A stretch of DNA of 59,348 bases, the filler included, from Dugesia japonica (Eukaryota): the NCBI GenBank assembly GCA_001938525.1. It is 5 parts of 5 records of this genome, joined end to end, with 100 filler letters (N's around TTAATTAATTAA, not from the genome) between each part and the next. Parts side by side here need not be neighbours in the genome. Positions count along the whole stretch, not along the records: positions 1 to 9,529 come from MQRL01648523.1; positions 9,630 to 18,294 come from MQRL01641541.1; 3 more parts are not named here. The stretch is one strand, 5' to 3'. This document shows, in pieces, positions 1 to 12,224 of the stretch (positions are counted from its first letter, which is position 1; each line of letters begins with the position of its first letter). The position numbers and the translations under genes were made by a program. The notes below the pieces were generated by a model. It saw nothing but the letters and a program-made list of their open reading frames with translations. It had not been told where the DNA came from and did no database searches.

Positions 1-849
1 AGAGATATGTTGATAATATGCTAAATGTGCGGATAATGATAAGCTTAGAAGAAAAAGAAAGATGGAATTGGTTATAATTTAGTAGCTATTAGGCGAACGT
101 TACAAGAGAGACACAGATGGAAGAGCTCAGTCAGTCATGTGGAGTAGGATAACTATGATTTTATAGAATTGTACAAAAATATGCTATGCTCGCTTTTCGC
201 TGTGGTTATGTTATTTTATTTTTGATTTCTTTGATTAAATATAAAGCTTGATTAACACGAATTATATATATTTGTTAGTTATATTTTTNNNNNNNNNNNN
301 NNNNNNNNNNNNNNNNNNNNNNNNNNNNNNNNNNNNNNNNNNNNNNNNNNNNNNNNNNNNNNNNNNNNNNNNNNNNNNNNNNNNNNNNNNNNNNNNNNNN
401 NNNNNNNNNNNNNNNNAAGCTGAAGAATTTCTCGCTATAACTTTTCGTTGTAGTGGGGTTTTTCTTTGGTATTAAATTTTTAACGTCCACGTCAGGAAGC
501 AGTTATTTCGAATTCTACATGAGTCGAATTAACTTGCGGTGGATCATATTTTTTTTAGCAGTCTGGAAGGTTTACCTATAACTTTTCGTTATAGTAAAAA
601 TCTTGCGAATGCTATGTTAATATTAACTTGCAATTTTTTTTGGCAAGCCGGACAGTCAAACTGCATCTTTTAGATGTAGTGACGATTTGCACGAAGGCCG
701 TTTTGTTAATGTCCGTATTATGGGTTAAGTATTAAGAATTAGACATATTAAATTTAATTGTAGTGGCTAATGTTTTTAATTTAATTTAATAAATAAATTT
801 GCAGCTAAGTAGTATCGCTGCCCAGTGAATCGATATATAATTTTTTTGC

Positions 850-1637
850 TGATCATATAGGGAGAAGAGTCAAGTTAAAGATTTAGGGAAACCTTAACAG
901 AGCTTGAAGATGACGGGAACGAGAAAAGATGCTTGCAGATAGTAACCATCTTCTCTAGTTCGCGTCATGAAGCGGTGGAAAAGTTATGATAGGCCACAGG
1001 CCGAAGAGACGTTTTACTAATTCAATGTTTGTATTGTTACTTAAAAATCTTATTTAAGGTTGTAATAAAAATTTTGATAAATTTATTTACCAGAAATAAT
1101 GACTGAATACTACCAACCACATATCCTATTGGTACTCACCAATAATGGAGAGGAAGGAACATTCTGGGTTCCCTGGAGGAATACCGTGGAGTTATTGGAC
1201 GAGCAACGGGTTAAATATNNNNNNNNNNNNNNNNNNNNNNNNNNNNNNNNNNNNNNNNNNNNNNNNNNGTTCATATAGGGAGAAGAGTCAAGTTAAACAT
1301 TTAGGGAAGCCTTAACAGAGCTTGAAGATGACGGGAACGAGAGAAGATGCTTGCAGATAGTGACCATCTTCTCTGGTTCACGTCATGAAGCGGTGGAAAA
1401 GTTATGATAGGCCACAGGCCGAAGAGACGTTTTACTAATTCAATTTTTGTATTGTTACTTATAAATCTTATTCAATGTTGTAATGAAAATTTTGATAAAT
1501 TTATTTATCAGAAATAATGACTGAATACTACCAGCCACATATACCATTGGTACTCACCAATGATGGAGAGGAAGGAACGTTCTGGGTTCCCTGGAGGAAT
1601 ACCTTGGAGTTATTGGACGAGCAACGGGTTAAATATG
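850..1637. repeat. Near-identical direct duplication (~850-1218 and ~1269-1637) flanking a gap
   Basis: Same sequence TCATATAGGGAGAAGAG...CGGGTTAAATAT on both sides of the N-run, with scattered SNPs; probably haplotype or assembly redundancy. Confidence 0.85.
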
Positions 1638-1948
1638 AGAAAGAAAAGACGGAGATGCTTGGCAAAGGAGGACAGTTGGTAGCTAAATTCCGAGTAATCA
1701 AGCAGCGGCTGATCGACACCCAAAGTTCTCTTCAACGATGCCAGCAGGAGAATCAACAACTTCGCCAGGAAATGCAGTTGATCCAGGAAGGAGTAGGAAA
1801 ATTGATTCAGTGCCACACCAAGAGTGGTGCACTATTGGGTCATCTTGAAGATAAGCTCCTATTGACGAACCCCGAGATGGTTGCAGAGAATTCCAGCTCC
1901 CCAATTCCTCTCATTGTGAAAGTGGAGTCCTTGGCAATGGTTGATTAA
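1517..1948 (+). CDS. Short predicted coiled-coil protein (143 aa) of unknown function, probably element-borne
   Basis: Intact ORF, clearly more GC-rich than its flanks. Heptad-like segment (LIDTQSSLQRCQQENQQLRQEMQLIQEGV). Stop codon overlaps AATAAA. Confidence 0.6.
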   Translation: MTEYYQPHIPLVLTNDGEEGTFWVPWRNTLELLDEQRVKYEKEKTEMLGKGGQLVAKFRVIKQRLIDTQSSLQRCQQENQQLRQEMQLIQEGVGKLIQCHTKSGALLGHLEDKLLLTNPEMVAENSSSPIPLIVKVESLAMVD

Positions 1949-2268
1949 TAAACATTTATGAGTGACCGAGTTGTGTTTTATTTGTTTTATTCTAAGCGAT
2001 TAAACTCCAGTGATATGTACGTCACTTGGTTATTACATAGATTGAGTCTACCGAAGTAGCGAGGAGTGGAATGAATACTATTTATCTAATAGTTCTCGAT
2101 TTTGAATAAGACCTTGGTTACTGAGAAAATTTTATGATTTGGGTAATTCAACATAATAGCTTAGTTTTCTTTAAAAAATGTGTTGATTTACTTGGCATTG
2201 ATTATATCTCATATTGTCTTTATGATTAATAACATGAATGTCAAATGAATAATATCTAACATTTCAGT

Positions 2269-2599
2269 GACCAATTCAAACGACTCCAAGGCATCGCGAG
2301 GTAATGGAATCGACGCGCCGCACCGATGGAAAGAGGAACGGCGAGAACTAAAAAATGAAATTCTGCGGCTGAAAGGACAGGTCCAGAAGTCGGCGGCCAA
2401 GTACAACCAAATCAAAGAGAAGGAACTGTCCCTTTAGCTTGCCAACAGGTTAATGGCCGATGTCATTAAAACATACGCCGATAGAGAGAGTTCGATGTTC
2501 GTGAACTTGCGAACTCTCTGGTTGAACTATCGAGCACCCGAGCAATCAAATGATCTGCCAGAACCAACCGTGGATTTAGACGCTGATTGTTATGTCTAA
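2269..2599 (+). pseudogene. Coiled-coil protein pseudogene, homologous to 40330-40683
   Basis: Translates to ...WKEERRELKNEILRLKGQVQK...KELSL*LANRLMADVIKTYADRESSMFVNLRTLWLNYR..., with one in-frame TAG. AATAAA follows the stop. Confidence 0.55.
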
Positions 2600-2947
2600 A
2601 ATAAATGTTCTAAATTGTGACTGAAGCATTATTATTTCTTGCTACGAATTTTAGTGGATGATAAAATTTCTAAGAAGTGGAATGGTAGTAATAAGTCATT
2701 TTCTTACTGAGCACGTGAGAGTGCTGTTGTCAGGGTTCACGGATCGATGAATATGACGCGATACCACAAAGTCGCGCTGAACCCGAGGGAAGAGAGGGGC
2801 ACATCACAGAGGTGATGCAAACGCTTGAGGTTTTTAGGTTTGCCTCTAGATCAGGTGACAATTTATTAAAAGTGAATGAGAGTGAAAAGAATTTTTAAGT
2901 TAAAAATCAAAATCCTAAAAACCCAACAAAAATACGTTTGTCGGAGA

Positions 2948-3353
2948 CAGTAGCGTAGCCAGGAATATATGAAAGGGGGGTTTTTAATTTTTGTCAAAAT
3001 TTTTGTATTTGTTTACTAACATAAAACAACAAAGACGCCAAGTATTAAGCAAAGACATCATTAACTGATTCTTTAAATTACGGAGACAACGTATGATACA
3101 TCAAAAAAAATAAATAATTATAGTGTACTGAGAGTACAGAATACAAAATAAATTTTTACAATTTATAATTTTGTATCGTTCAAAAATATTTAAATATTTT
3201 TTCCAAATATTCGAATATCAAATAGTCAATTATCTAACACAAATATATTTGAATATTCAGTTAGGAATCTCTAAGTCGCATCAAAAATGAAATTTTTTTC
3301 ATACGCCAAAGTGGGAGTTTTAACCCCTTAACCCCCCCTTGGCTACGCTACTG
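2948..3353. mobile_element. Non-autonomous hAT MITE
   Basis: Perfect TIRs CAGTAGCGTAGCCA / TGGCTACGCTACTG; 8-bp TSD GTCGGAGA at 2940-2947 and 3354-3361. Confidence 0.92.
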
Positions 3354-3361
3354 GTCGGAGA

Positions 3362-3480
3362 GCATAATAAAGAATTTACTCTATTTCTTGATTGCATGAC
3401 AAGGTGGAGTAGCCTAGTTGTTATGGTTCAAAGATTTTTGTTATTAAAAAATTGTATTGAAAAGTATTGAAAGACATCAA
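3362..3480 (+). pseudogene. hAT transposase fragment
   Basis: EHNKEFTLFLDCMTRWSSLVVMVQRFLLLKNCIEK matches the hAT LDxxTRWxS motif. Confidence 0.7.
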
Positions 3481-3484
3481 TAAC

Positions 3485-3620
3485 GAATATTCCTGACGAA
3501 AATTAAAATTATTATCAAAAACAAAAATAAATTTGATCGAAGCTTTATTTTAATGAAATCTCAAAAAACGATCAATGGTTACGTGCAACAATTATTCTCG
3601 CAATAATTGTAATTGTATGA
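3485..3620 (+). mobile_element. Solo Penelope pseudo-LTR 3' fragment
   Basis: GATCGAAGCTTTATTTTAATGAAATC...AATTATTCTCGCAATAATT is also found downstream of the Penelope ORF ends at 12.2, 17.7 and 23.5 kb. Confidence 0.65.
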
Positions 3621-4493
3621 TTTGCTCAAAGTTTTGGAACCAATTCAAATTGCTGCAGAAATGAAACCAATTTACTTACTACAGAAGGAGTATTTCAATT
3701 TTTTTCTAACGGTTATTTAATTTAGATACAGACCTTACCCAGAGAATGCTAAGATTATTACAGCTTCGAATTTCCGTTTTAAATATGGTTACTCTATATT
3801 TTTCCTATTTTATTTTATTCATTTTTTTAGGAGCGTTATTTGATATGCTCGAAAAAAGCATGCTGCATGAAAATAATCAACTGATACTTCCAGAAATCGT
3901 TGTCAATGAATATATGGAAACAGATTGTTGAACAGATTTCTGTAAATCTTGCTCCAGAGTAAACCTACAAATATGTCTGAACAAAAGCAAAGATACAGTA
4001 GAACAATATTTTTCATGTGTTTTAAATAAATGTATATTATATAGTTTTTTATTTGAAATTTATTTTTATAAAAAAGAAAACACAATACAAATTAATAACA
4101 TTATTTTGTATAATACGATGTTATAATAATTGTCAAGAAATAAGTGTCTAGAAATTTATTATATACAAATCAATATAATTTTAATTAGAGTTTAATTGCT
4201 CAAAATATAGGATGTTTTTAAATAACTTTACAATTATATTCTTGCAGAACCACAAGATTTGAACCCTTTGATATAAAAACATATAAACACATTAGTCTCT
4301 AATAAACCCATTAATTCTTAATAAATATACAAAATTTGTTTTAACGAATCAATTAAATTAACTCTATCCAAACTCCAGTGTTCCTCATTATTTCATTAAT
4401 TATATCAAAATTTCAAAATTATTTTACAAAAAACAGCGAATTATCAGAGCAAACAAATTAAACTTATTATTTTTTAAAAAAAATTATTTATTT

Positions 4494-4978
4494 TTGATCT
4501 TTAAGATTATTATGATTGAACTTAATGCATGTTCATTATTAAGTAACTATAAGTTTCAGTTGTCTCAATATTATACTCTTGGAAATAAAGACTATATTAA
4601 AAACCTAATAAAAAAGAATTTGTTGGATACAATTACAGAATCATTATATAATCTGAATAATATCAGTAAAATTGGTTATAATTTAATGGTTACAAAAGCG
4701 AAAGAATCGGAAAATAAACATTCAGCGCTATGCTGTGCCCCATTGAATTATCTAAAGAATATTTTCAGAGACAAGAGAGGACGAACTCTTTATGATAAAA
4801 ATGAAGAAATTATAGTATTAAACAAGTCGTAATCAATTTTTGCAGAGCATTTCGCAAAATTAAATTATGATTTCATAGTTAATAAAGAATGCGAAAGAGA
4901 AAAAGAAGAAAAACTATACATCGATTCATTACATGGGTTAACTATTGGACCTGATAATTATCAGACAATTAAAGATTA
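4494..4978 (+). pseudogene. Decayed ORF of unknown function, possibly a viral/Polinton accessory gene
   Basis: 112-aa ORF that continues in frame past one stop (..IVLNKS*SIFAEHFAKLNYDF..). It is followed by a noncoding segment shared with the Polinton contig. Confidence 0.3.
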
Positions 4979-5164
4979 ACAGATAAAATGTTATAGAAAA
5001 CGAATTTAAAAAAGTATGAAGAGAATATTCAACCTGTAATTATTAATTATAGAAGACTGTAATATTATATAATGCGATACATACGTACATGTTATTTGCT
5101 AGTTTCCATTAGACGTTACTTGTTTTTAAGAAAATGAATGGTTACTATTCATTTTAATTTATAC

Positions 5165-7563
5165 GATTGGACGGTTTTACAATTACTGCAATATGCAAAA
5201 GCCAATTTATTAGAAGCAGCATCAGTTTAAAAGGAATGCACCTTGCTAAGAATACATCGCGGGTAATAGATCTTGTATACGATTATGTTAAAAAAATAAA
5301 AGATAATTTAATAATAAAGATTTTTAAAAAATGAAGGAAGAAATCAGGAAATTCTGTTTATCCATTATGAATTTACGTTATATGAATTTACACTTATATT
5401 ACAATACACCTGACAAATCTGATAATTTAGGATTTTTGAACTAGTTGAATCAAAGTTAAATAAATTCTAATTAAAATTAAGTACGGACATTGTTTCTGTT
5501 ATGGTGAAATTTGAAAGTTGGTTCCTTGTTAGCTGTAATATATCCATCCCCGCGATCCATTTAGCTGTAATGTCTCTGCTATATAAAGAAAATAATCATA
5601 GTAATGACGAACAAGTCGAAATAAGTAAATTTCAATCAAATTCGTTTTATGATGAGTATGTTGGGGACGATAATGAGGAAAGTTATAATTTAGATACGGG
5701 CGATACGGATAGTGAATATGAATTTATTTTAAACAATAATTATATTATTGAAGGTCAAATTGCTTCTGTAATAAAAAATATTAGAAAAATTGCAAAATAT
5801 TTTTTAAGAACTCTCCCGTAAAGAATGGAATTTTTCAAAATTTTGTAAAACTCAAAGAAAATGATATAACCGACTGGCAATTACNTTTGGATTGCTAAAC
5901 TCGTTGGAAAAATTTAGAAACAACGGTACAAAGATTCTTGCGTTTAAAGAATCCAATAATAAAAGCTTTAACTGATTTAAATTTGGGATATAACTGGATC
6001 TCAGAAAACGATGAACAAGTGGCAAATGATTTATTAAATATTTTAACACCAATTAAAATGGCAGTAGAAGCATTGAGTTGCCAAGACTGTAATCTTTTAA
6101 AAACTGAAGGAATTCTTAAATTTCTATTTAGAACATTTGAAGATCACAAGTCAGATCTTAGTGCAAAATTTATAACAACATTAAAAGACAAAATTAACAT
6201 AAGACGAAATGTTTCGGTTATTTCATTAATAAATTACTTACAAAACACAGCATTAATATTGGGGTGTCGAGAGCAAAATGATTTTGTTTTCAAGCTTTCA
6301 TCTAAAAATGAAGTATATGTTGGGTATTATAACTCAACAAAAGATTTTATGGTTCGAAATTAACTATTGATAACAATAAAAATATAACTGTGATTTTATA
6401 GGTGTTAAAACTTTTATCTTTATATGTGTGTTGATACGGTATTATATAAGCAATATATGACACTATAAATAGAGTGATATAGTGTGTGATCTTATAAAAA
6501 TAAAATAAACCTTTTAGAATACTTTTATTAGTTTTGATGTATAACAAATAGCTTTACACTAGGTCTATAAAACTTATAACGCTTAAATTTAATTATCTGA
6601 AGTACTGCCTCACTTAGAGTTCGGNNNNNNNNNNNNNNNNNNNNNNNNNNNNNNNNNNNNNNNNNNNNNNNNNNNNNNNNNNNNNNNNNNNNNNNNNNNN
6701 NNNNNNNNNNNNNNNNNNNNNNNNNNNNNNNNNNNNNNNNNNNNNNNNNNNNTTTTTATGTATTTAAACATTTACATAAAATAATTGTTTCCAAATAAAA
6801 ATTTTATACAATTAAAACTTTTTCTCATAAAAAATAAATAGAATTAAAAATAATAAATAAAATAAAATAATTCATCATAATATAAACAACAAAGTTAAAT
6901 TCAGGATAAAATATTCAAGTCTGATAAATAATCACAAATAATCAAATGTAAATTCAATGTTTAGTCAAATGGATTTGATNNNNNNNNNNNNNNNNNNNNN
7001 NNNNNNNNNNNNNNNNNNNNNNNNNNNNNNNNNNNNNNNNNNNNNNNNNNNNNGAACTTGGATTGTTATACATGTTATGTTGTGTTTGTATGCGTTTGTA
7101 TGCTATGCATGTTATGTATAACTGTAACTCAACATATACAAAACTGCAAAATTAATCTTATAGAGACTTTATGCTAATAGTTGTGATATTGGATTTAAAT
7201 TACAAAAAATTTTGAACATTGGAGAATAAGAAAATATTGTAATTTCAAATAAAGATAACAATAACAATAATAACATGAGTTTATTTGCCAAGTTAGAGAG
7301 ATTTTTTCGTCAAAGTTCAGAAGCCTCCACTGCATTTGTGTCAAATATTAATTTTAATTTGATTCAAAAACAAACAAACCAGTACGAATCAGCTGGAAAA
7401 TTTACAGAAAATTTATCGAAGTTGAAGTTAGCGCAAATGACTATACCACCAACTAGTACTCAAAATCAGAGGAATTTTGCAATAGCTGGACATTTTGTAT
7501 CTAGGAAAAGAACCCGATTGTCCGACAAGTCGATTGATTGGTTTTATGTTTTAAAAAGCCATC

Positions 7564-7608
<45 letters not shown>

Positions 7609-7895
7609 TTAATAATAATAATTATAGTAAATAAAAGTTGATTTAAAATAAATAAATCGTTTATGTTATTTTATATAAAAAATGCACCAAAAAGATATTA
7701 TTTCGTCTTCGTAATATAATGAATAAAATTATATTTTGGATTGTTAAATAACTATTATAGAAATTATCGCTGATTTTTACTTAATAAAGAAATTACTAAT
7801 AAAAAAATGTTTAATTGAAATATCTCGGGAAATCTTGAGATTTACTGTAAATAAATTAAGAATAAAAAAATTTGTCGGGAATTGTACAATCTCTA
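5165..7895 (+). mobile_element. Decayed hAT transposon: transposase pseudogene ~5165-7560 plus probable right terminus
   Basis: LDGFTITAICKSQFIR; HLAV; LDC*TRW..RFLRLKNPIIKAL; C-terminal dimerization motif IPPTSTQNQRNFAIAG..RTRLSDKSID; terminus ..TCGGGAATTGTACAATCTCTA. Confidence 0.85.
7565..7625. repeat. (TAA)n microsatellite
   Basis: Direct reading. Confidence 0.95.
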
Positions 7896-8262
7896 ATTAT
7901 AAGGTTAGTATTAGAATGCAATTTTTCACTTATTACACTTTTAACAGTATATACATAATAAATATTACTTACACACCAGGTAATTTTTTTCGTATTCAAG
8001 TTAAATTTAATTTCTCATTAAGAATATAATACTCATATATTATTCATAATTTCTGAAATAATCAAGTGATAAAATAAATATCTTTAATTAAAAACTTATT
8101 CAAATAAATTAATACACATTAAAATTAGGGATTTAATTAGATACATGGAAAATGTAAAAAAAATTTCAAAAAACAAATAAGAATAATTATAAATATAATA
8201 AATAATTGAAAAAATAGTTTTCTACGTTATTTGTTCTCCAAAGAATTCGTAAAAATATATTT

Positions 8263-9201
8263 TTAATGGGAAGACGATCTTTTCGTTTGTACAAATCGTT
8301 TATTATCAAACAAATTATCCGATATATTTGTTTTTGAATTTCGATATTGCACCGAATCGATGGATCTTCTGTTCGATTTTGGTGAATACGTTAATTCAAC
8401 AGATTTCCTATTATTAGACGGTTTCACGTAGTCTTCAGAATTTAAATTTCCTTCAGAAACTTTATCATTAAAGGATCTTTCTTCATTGTCCAATTTTAAA
8501 ACTTCCGATAATTTTGATGAGTTCAAACGATTTTTGATATAACTATTCGTAGAATATAAATCATTTGACAAATGCGAATTCTCCATTTTACCGCTAATTG
8601 TTTTGAGAATCGGTTTTCTAAATTGAATAGTTTCTGGCATTAAATGAAATTGCGTATTATAAATATGCGACAAATGTGGATTAAATATCCCAACTTTGTC
8701 GCTTTGGGATATTTTCCATGGTTTTGTACATGGATTGTCAGTTCGATTTTCTAATGAATAACTTGAATTAATTTTCATATCATGAAAACATATATCAGAG
8801 TGAGAGGACCGTTGAATAGATTCACTATAATTCAGGTTATCTGGTATTTCTTCATCGACATAGAACGCAACTATAGCTTTACTAACGTAAGGCTTTCTTG
8901 TGACAAAAGTCGGATAGAAATGTTCTATCGATCGAGTGCAACTACGAATAGCTTTGTCATTTGGACCGGATATTTGAATGACTGCATATTTTACCCAGCC
9001 AGCATTATGGATTTTTCTATTTATACTTTTAGGTAACAATTTAACTTTACAACGGCTTCGTTTTTCTGCTGATTTTATTCTGGGATCATTAATGAAATGT
9101 TCAACTAAAACATCTCGAAATGGTAAGATATATTCTTCAATAGATATTTGAGGAGGGTCATACTCGAATTTATAAATACGTTTTGCCGAAACTGCTGACA
9201 T
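8263..9201 (-). CDS. Intronless 312-aa protein; N-terminal globular region with a possible degenerate KH-like fold, Ser/Asn-rich tail
   Basis: Longest intact ATG-to-stop ORF in a very AT-rich background. RIKSAEKRSRCKVKL...VIQISGPNDKAIRSCTRSIE follows a KH-like pattern but lacks GxxG. Confidence 0.7.
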   Translation of the reverse strand: MSAVSAKRIYKFEYDPPQISIEEYILPFRDVLVEHFINDPRIKSAEKRSRCKVKLLPKSINRKIHNAGWVKYAVIQISGPNDKAIRSCTRSIEHFYPTFVTRKPYVSKAIVAFYVDEEIPDNLNYSESIQRSSHSDICFHDMKINSSYSLENRTDNPCTKPWKISQSDKVGIFNPHLSHIYNTQFHLMPETIQFRKPILKTISGKMENSHLSNDLYSTNSYIKNRLNSSKLSEVLKLDNEERSFNDKVSEGNLNSEDYVKPSNNRKSVELTYSPKSNRRSIDSVQYRNSKTNISDNLFDNKRFVQTKRSSSH

Positions 9202-9529
9202 ATATTATTTTGTTGATTTTATTAAATAATTATGGATTTATTAATATTATACATGTATATTATATAAATAATTTTTAAATACATTCTAAAAAATTAGTTA
9301 AGGAATAATCGTAAATTAATAAGTATATTGTATTTTGTTCATTTATATTTGATAGTCAAACTCCTTTATTTTCTTTGTGCAACGTATGGGTGGGCATTAT
9401 CAGGCAAATTAATTACGTTATGCTGATCAGTGCCAAGTAAATTCCCATGCACTTTTTTTTTATCTGCTAGCAGTATTTTTCTGCGGTAATAGTTTCGCCC
9501 AGATTCAGAAAACTGTGATGTATGAGAGA

Positions 9530-9629
9530 NNNNNNNNNNNNNNNNNNNNNNNNNNNNNNNNNNNNNNNNNNNNTTAATTAATTAANNNNNNNNNNNNNNN
9601 NNNNNNNNNNNNNNNNNNNNNNNNNNNNN
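9530..9629. other. Artificial contig spacer
   Basis: 44N + TTAATTAATTAA + 44N. Confidence 0.97.
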
Positions 9630-10699
9630 TTGTGTATTATTTTTCAAAATATTTGAAAAATATATGATAACATTAATACAAATAAAATATAAGCAAACAT
9701 TAAATTTCTCAGAAAAGTCAAATAATTGAATTGTTATTTAAATTGCATTCTCCAAATTAGTAGTAATTTGAACGAAATTATTTTTGTGAGGACGAATTTA
9801 AATAATATTTAAAGATTATGAAAATTAGTGTTTAAATATATTAATGATATAATTTCAGTTGGCAGAAATTTCGCAACTTAAAAAATAAACATGACATTTG
9901 GATTTTATCAAAAGAAATTAGTTACTAGATTGTCATAAATCGGAAATAGTTTTTTTTAGTAATTGTTACTTCGTGTATCTGATTAGTTCATTAACTATTA
10001 TTTAAGTATTGTATAATCATTTAATTAATTAGTAAGATTTTCAATAACGATATTTTATTATATTAATTAAAATTTGTATACGTTTTATAACTTCACACGT
10101 ATTTTATCGGTTACAATGTGTATTAATTATTGTGATAATATTTTTGTAAATTTTAATGATAATTTTGTACTGCATCGAAACCTTTTAATCATAGACATAT
10201 TTCGATTTGGATAAAAGGAATATTTCAGATAAGCCATAGTTGAATTTTCAGTGAAGAAATTTGTGTTTCAATATATTTCATAATCAAATCTAACAATGTT
10301 ATTTATGACTTAGATTGCTGATTGCACAACTGAGAANGGTATGGGACTGATGGANTACTATAAAAGATTAATAAAAGATATGTTTAAAATGAGTATTTGA
10401 ATGTATTTTTGAAGATTGAATGTTGAAGAGTCGATTTGTTAAATCGATAAATTTTTTGTAATTTCAGTAATGAAGCAATTGATTGGTTATATAATAATAC
10501 AAAATAATGATAATAATAATTATTATCCATTGTTTTAAGAAATGTCGAGATTTCATATCGGACGATTACTTCGATTTCTATTTATCTTAGAGACTATTCA
10601 TCAACAAACGGTTTCATTTTATTTGCTGAAAGGGATTATGAAAAATTATATAAATACAAAATTTGAAATTATTTTATTAATTGAAACTATAAATTTTCG

Positions 10700-11312
10700 G
10701 GTTCTTTTCCGTTAACTGGCCGCAACTTTTTTTTCTTGTTTTATGAATTGTTAACTCGATATTTTGGTTTTAATATTATTTTATATTTTATTTAAAAGAC
10801 TTTCATCAATTTCAAACACTAATTCAACACCCCCAGTCAATGTTGAGTCGCCTATTACACACCTCCCGCATTTAGTTGCTCCAATCCACTACCGCATTAT
10901 TACCCATCTCTAATTCGCGTTCGCAGAAATCCACATATAAAANNNNNNNNNNNNNNNNNNNNNNNNNNNNNNNNNNNNNNNNNNNNNNNNNNNNNNNNNN
11001 NNNNNNNNNNNNNNNNNNNNNNNNNNNNNNNNNNNNNNNACATGTGTATTTATCACACCTCCAACGAATTTTTGTCCCAAATTGTAGCTTCATCTGATGA
11101 TTATCTGCGCATGATATTCCTTCCTAAAAAACTTTTACCGCTTCCTCTTTGCTATTCACTTGACGAATTAGTTGTTTAAAATGCATAATAAGCAATGGAA
11201 AATTAAAAAAAAGTAAATTTAATTGATTAAAAATGCTTAAAAAATTAAAACACAAAGTTTGTAAAGTGGTTGGATGCCAAAAGAATTTGTGGCCCGATAA
11301 TGGAAAAGAACC
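10700..11312 (-). mobile_element. Internally deleted Merlin (IS1016/IS1595-like) DNA transposon
   Basis: TIRs GGTTCTTTTCCGTTAACTGGCCGCAA vs reverse complement GGTTCTTTTCCATTATCGGGCCACAA; 8-bp TSD AATTTTCG; transposase remnants WRC, FCERELEM..VVDWSN*MREVC, GG..VFEIDESLL. Confidence 0.9.
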
Positions 11313-11772
11313 AATTTTCGACTTTCAAAGCGAAGAAAGAGAACTCACATTCAACTCAACTGTGAATATTGTAAGAAAGACTAAAACGGACAAGGGTTCA
11401 AACATGAACATAGCCGCATATACCAGGTTTTTAACTGCAAAATGAAATTGCGGACAAATAAAATTGATATCATCATAAAGTATTGGTATTTAAAATTATA
11501 CTGAAATGAAAACTTTAATTACTTTATTTCAAATTACTCGATCTATCTAAATAAAAAATTTGGATGAACTGCCCAAAGGTAATTCGATAAAACGGGATAA
11601 ATAGTTCGTTTGTGTAGTCTGTCTGTACTACTTTGTCATTTTTATCAACTTTAACTTTTTCTGAATAAATTAAATTGTCATATAATAATAATAAATATGC
11701 ATATGTTATGTTTAATATCCTAATACTCATTCTCAATACANNNNNNNNNNNNTCAGTCTAACCTTATTTCAG

Positions 11773-11890
11773 GTTGATGTTTTAAACCCTCCAAAGCCAG
11801 AAAACGTTAAACTATATAATATTGATTATGAAAACGTAAAGCAGAGTGAAATCACTTCATTTATCATTGACTACAGTGCAGCTGGACCAG
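11773..11890 (+). CDS. Filamin-type Ig-repeat protein, internal exon
   Basis: TTTCAG| VDVLNPPKPENVKLYNIDYENVKQSEITSFIIDYSAAGP |GTAAAA; typical FxIDxxxAGPG motif. Confidence 0.8.
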
Positions 11891-11940
11891 GTAAAAATGA
11901 AATTTGAGATAAAAACATTTGATTAAAATTAATAATTTAG

Positions 11941-12168
11941 GTGATATAGACATCACTATTTTAGATGAAAAGAATTTCAGAGTTGACTTTAATACCAAAG
12001 AACTTTCAAATAATCAAATTGAAATTAGTTTTATACCAAAATTTTCAGGAGTATTTTACAAAGTAGAAATATTCTATGCTGAAATTTCAATTCCACAAAG
12101 TCCACTAATTTTCCATATTTTACCTAAAATTGATGTATCCCGTGTGTCTATAGAAAATATGAAATTAA
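11941..12168 (+). CDS. Filamin-type Ig-repeat protein, internal exon
   Basis: Follows a 50-bp GT-AG intron in phase: GDIDITILDE..IEISFIPKFSGVFYKVEIFYAEISIPQSPL..DVSRVSI. Confidence 0.85.
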
Positions 12169-12224
12169 GTAATACTAGTTTTTTATGGATATAGAAAAAT
12201 ATATTTCTCAAAAACTTTTGATCT

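Noticed and set aside
3726-3931. Possible terminal exons of a host gene (YRPYPENAK.., GALFDMLEK..TDC*)
   Set aside because: Splice sites are plausible, but there is no recognisable domain or upstream exon.
11345-11665. Minus-strand exon-like segments with good splice signals
   Set aside because: The upstream segment has stops in all frames before its donor and the peptides are unrecognisable; cannot support a gene.
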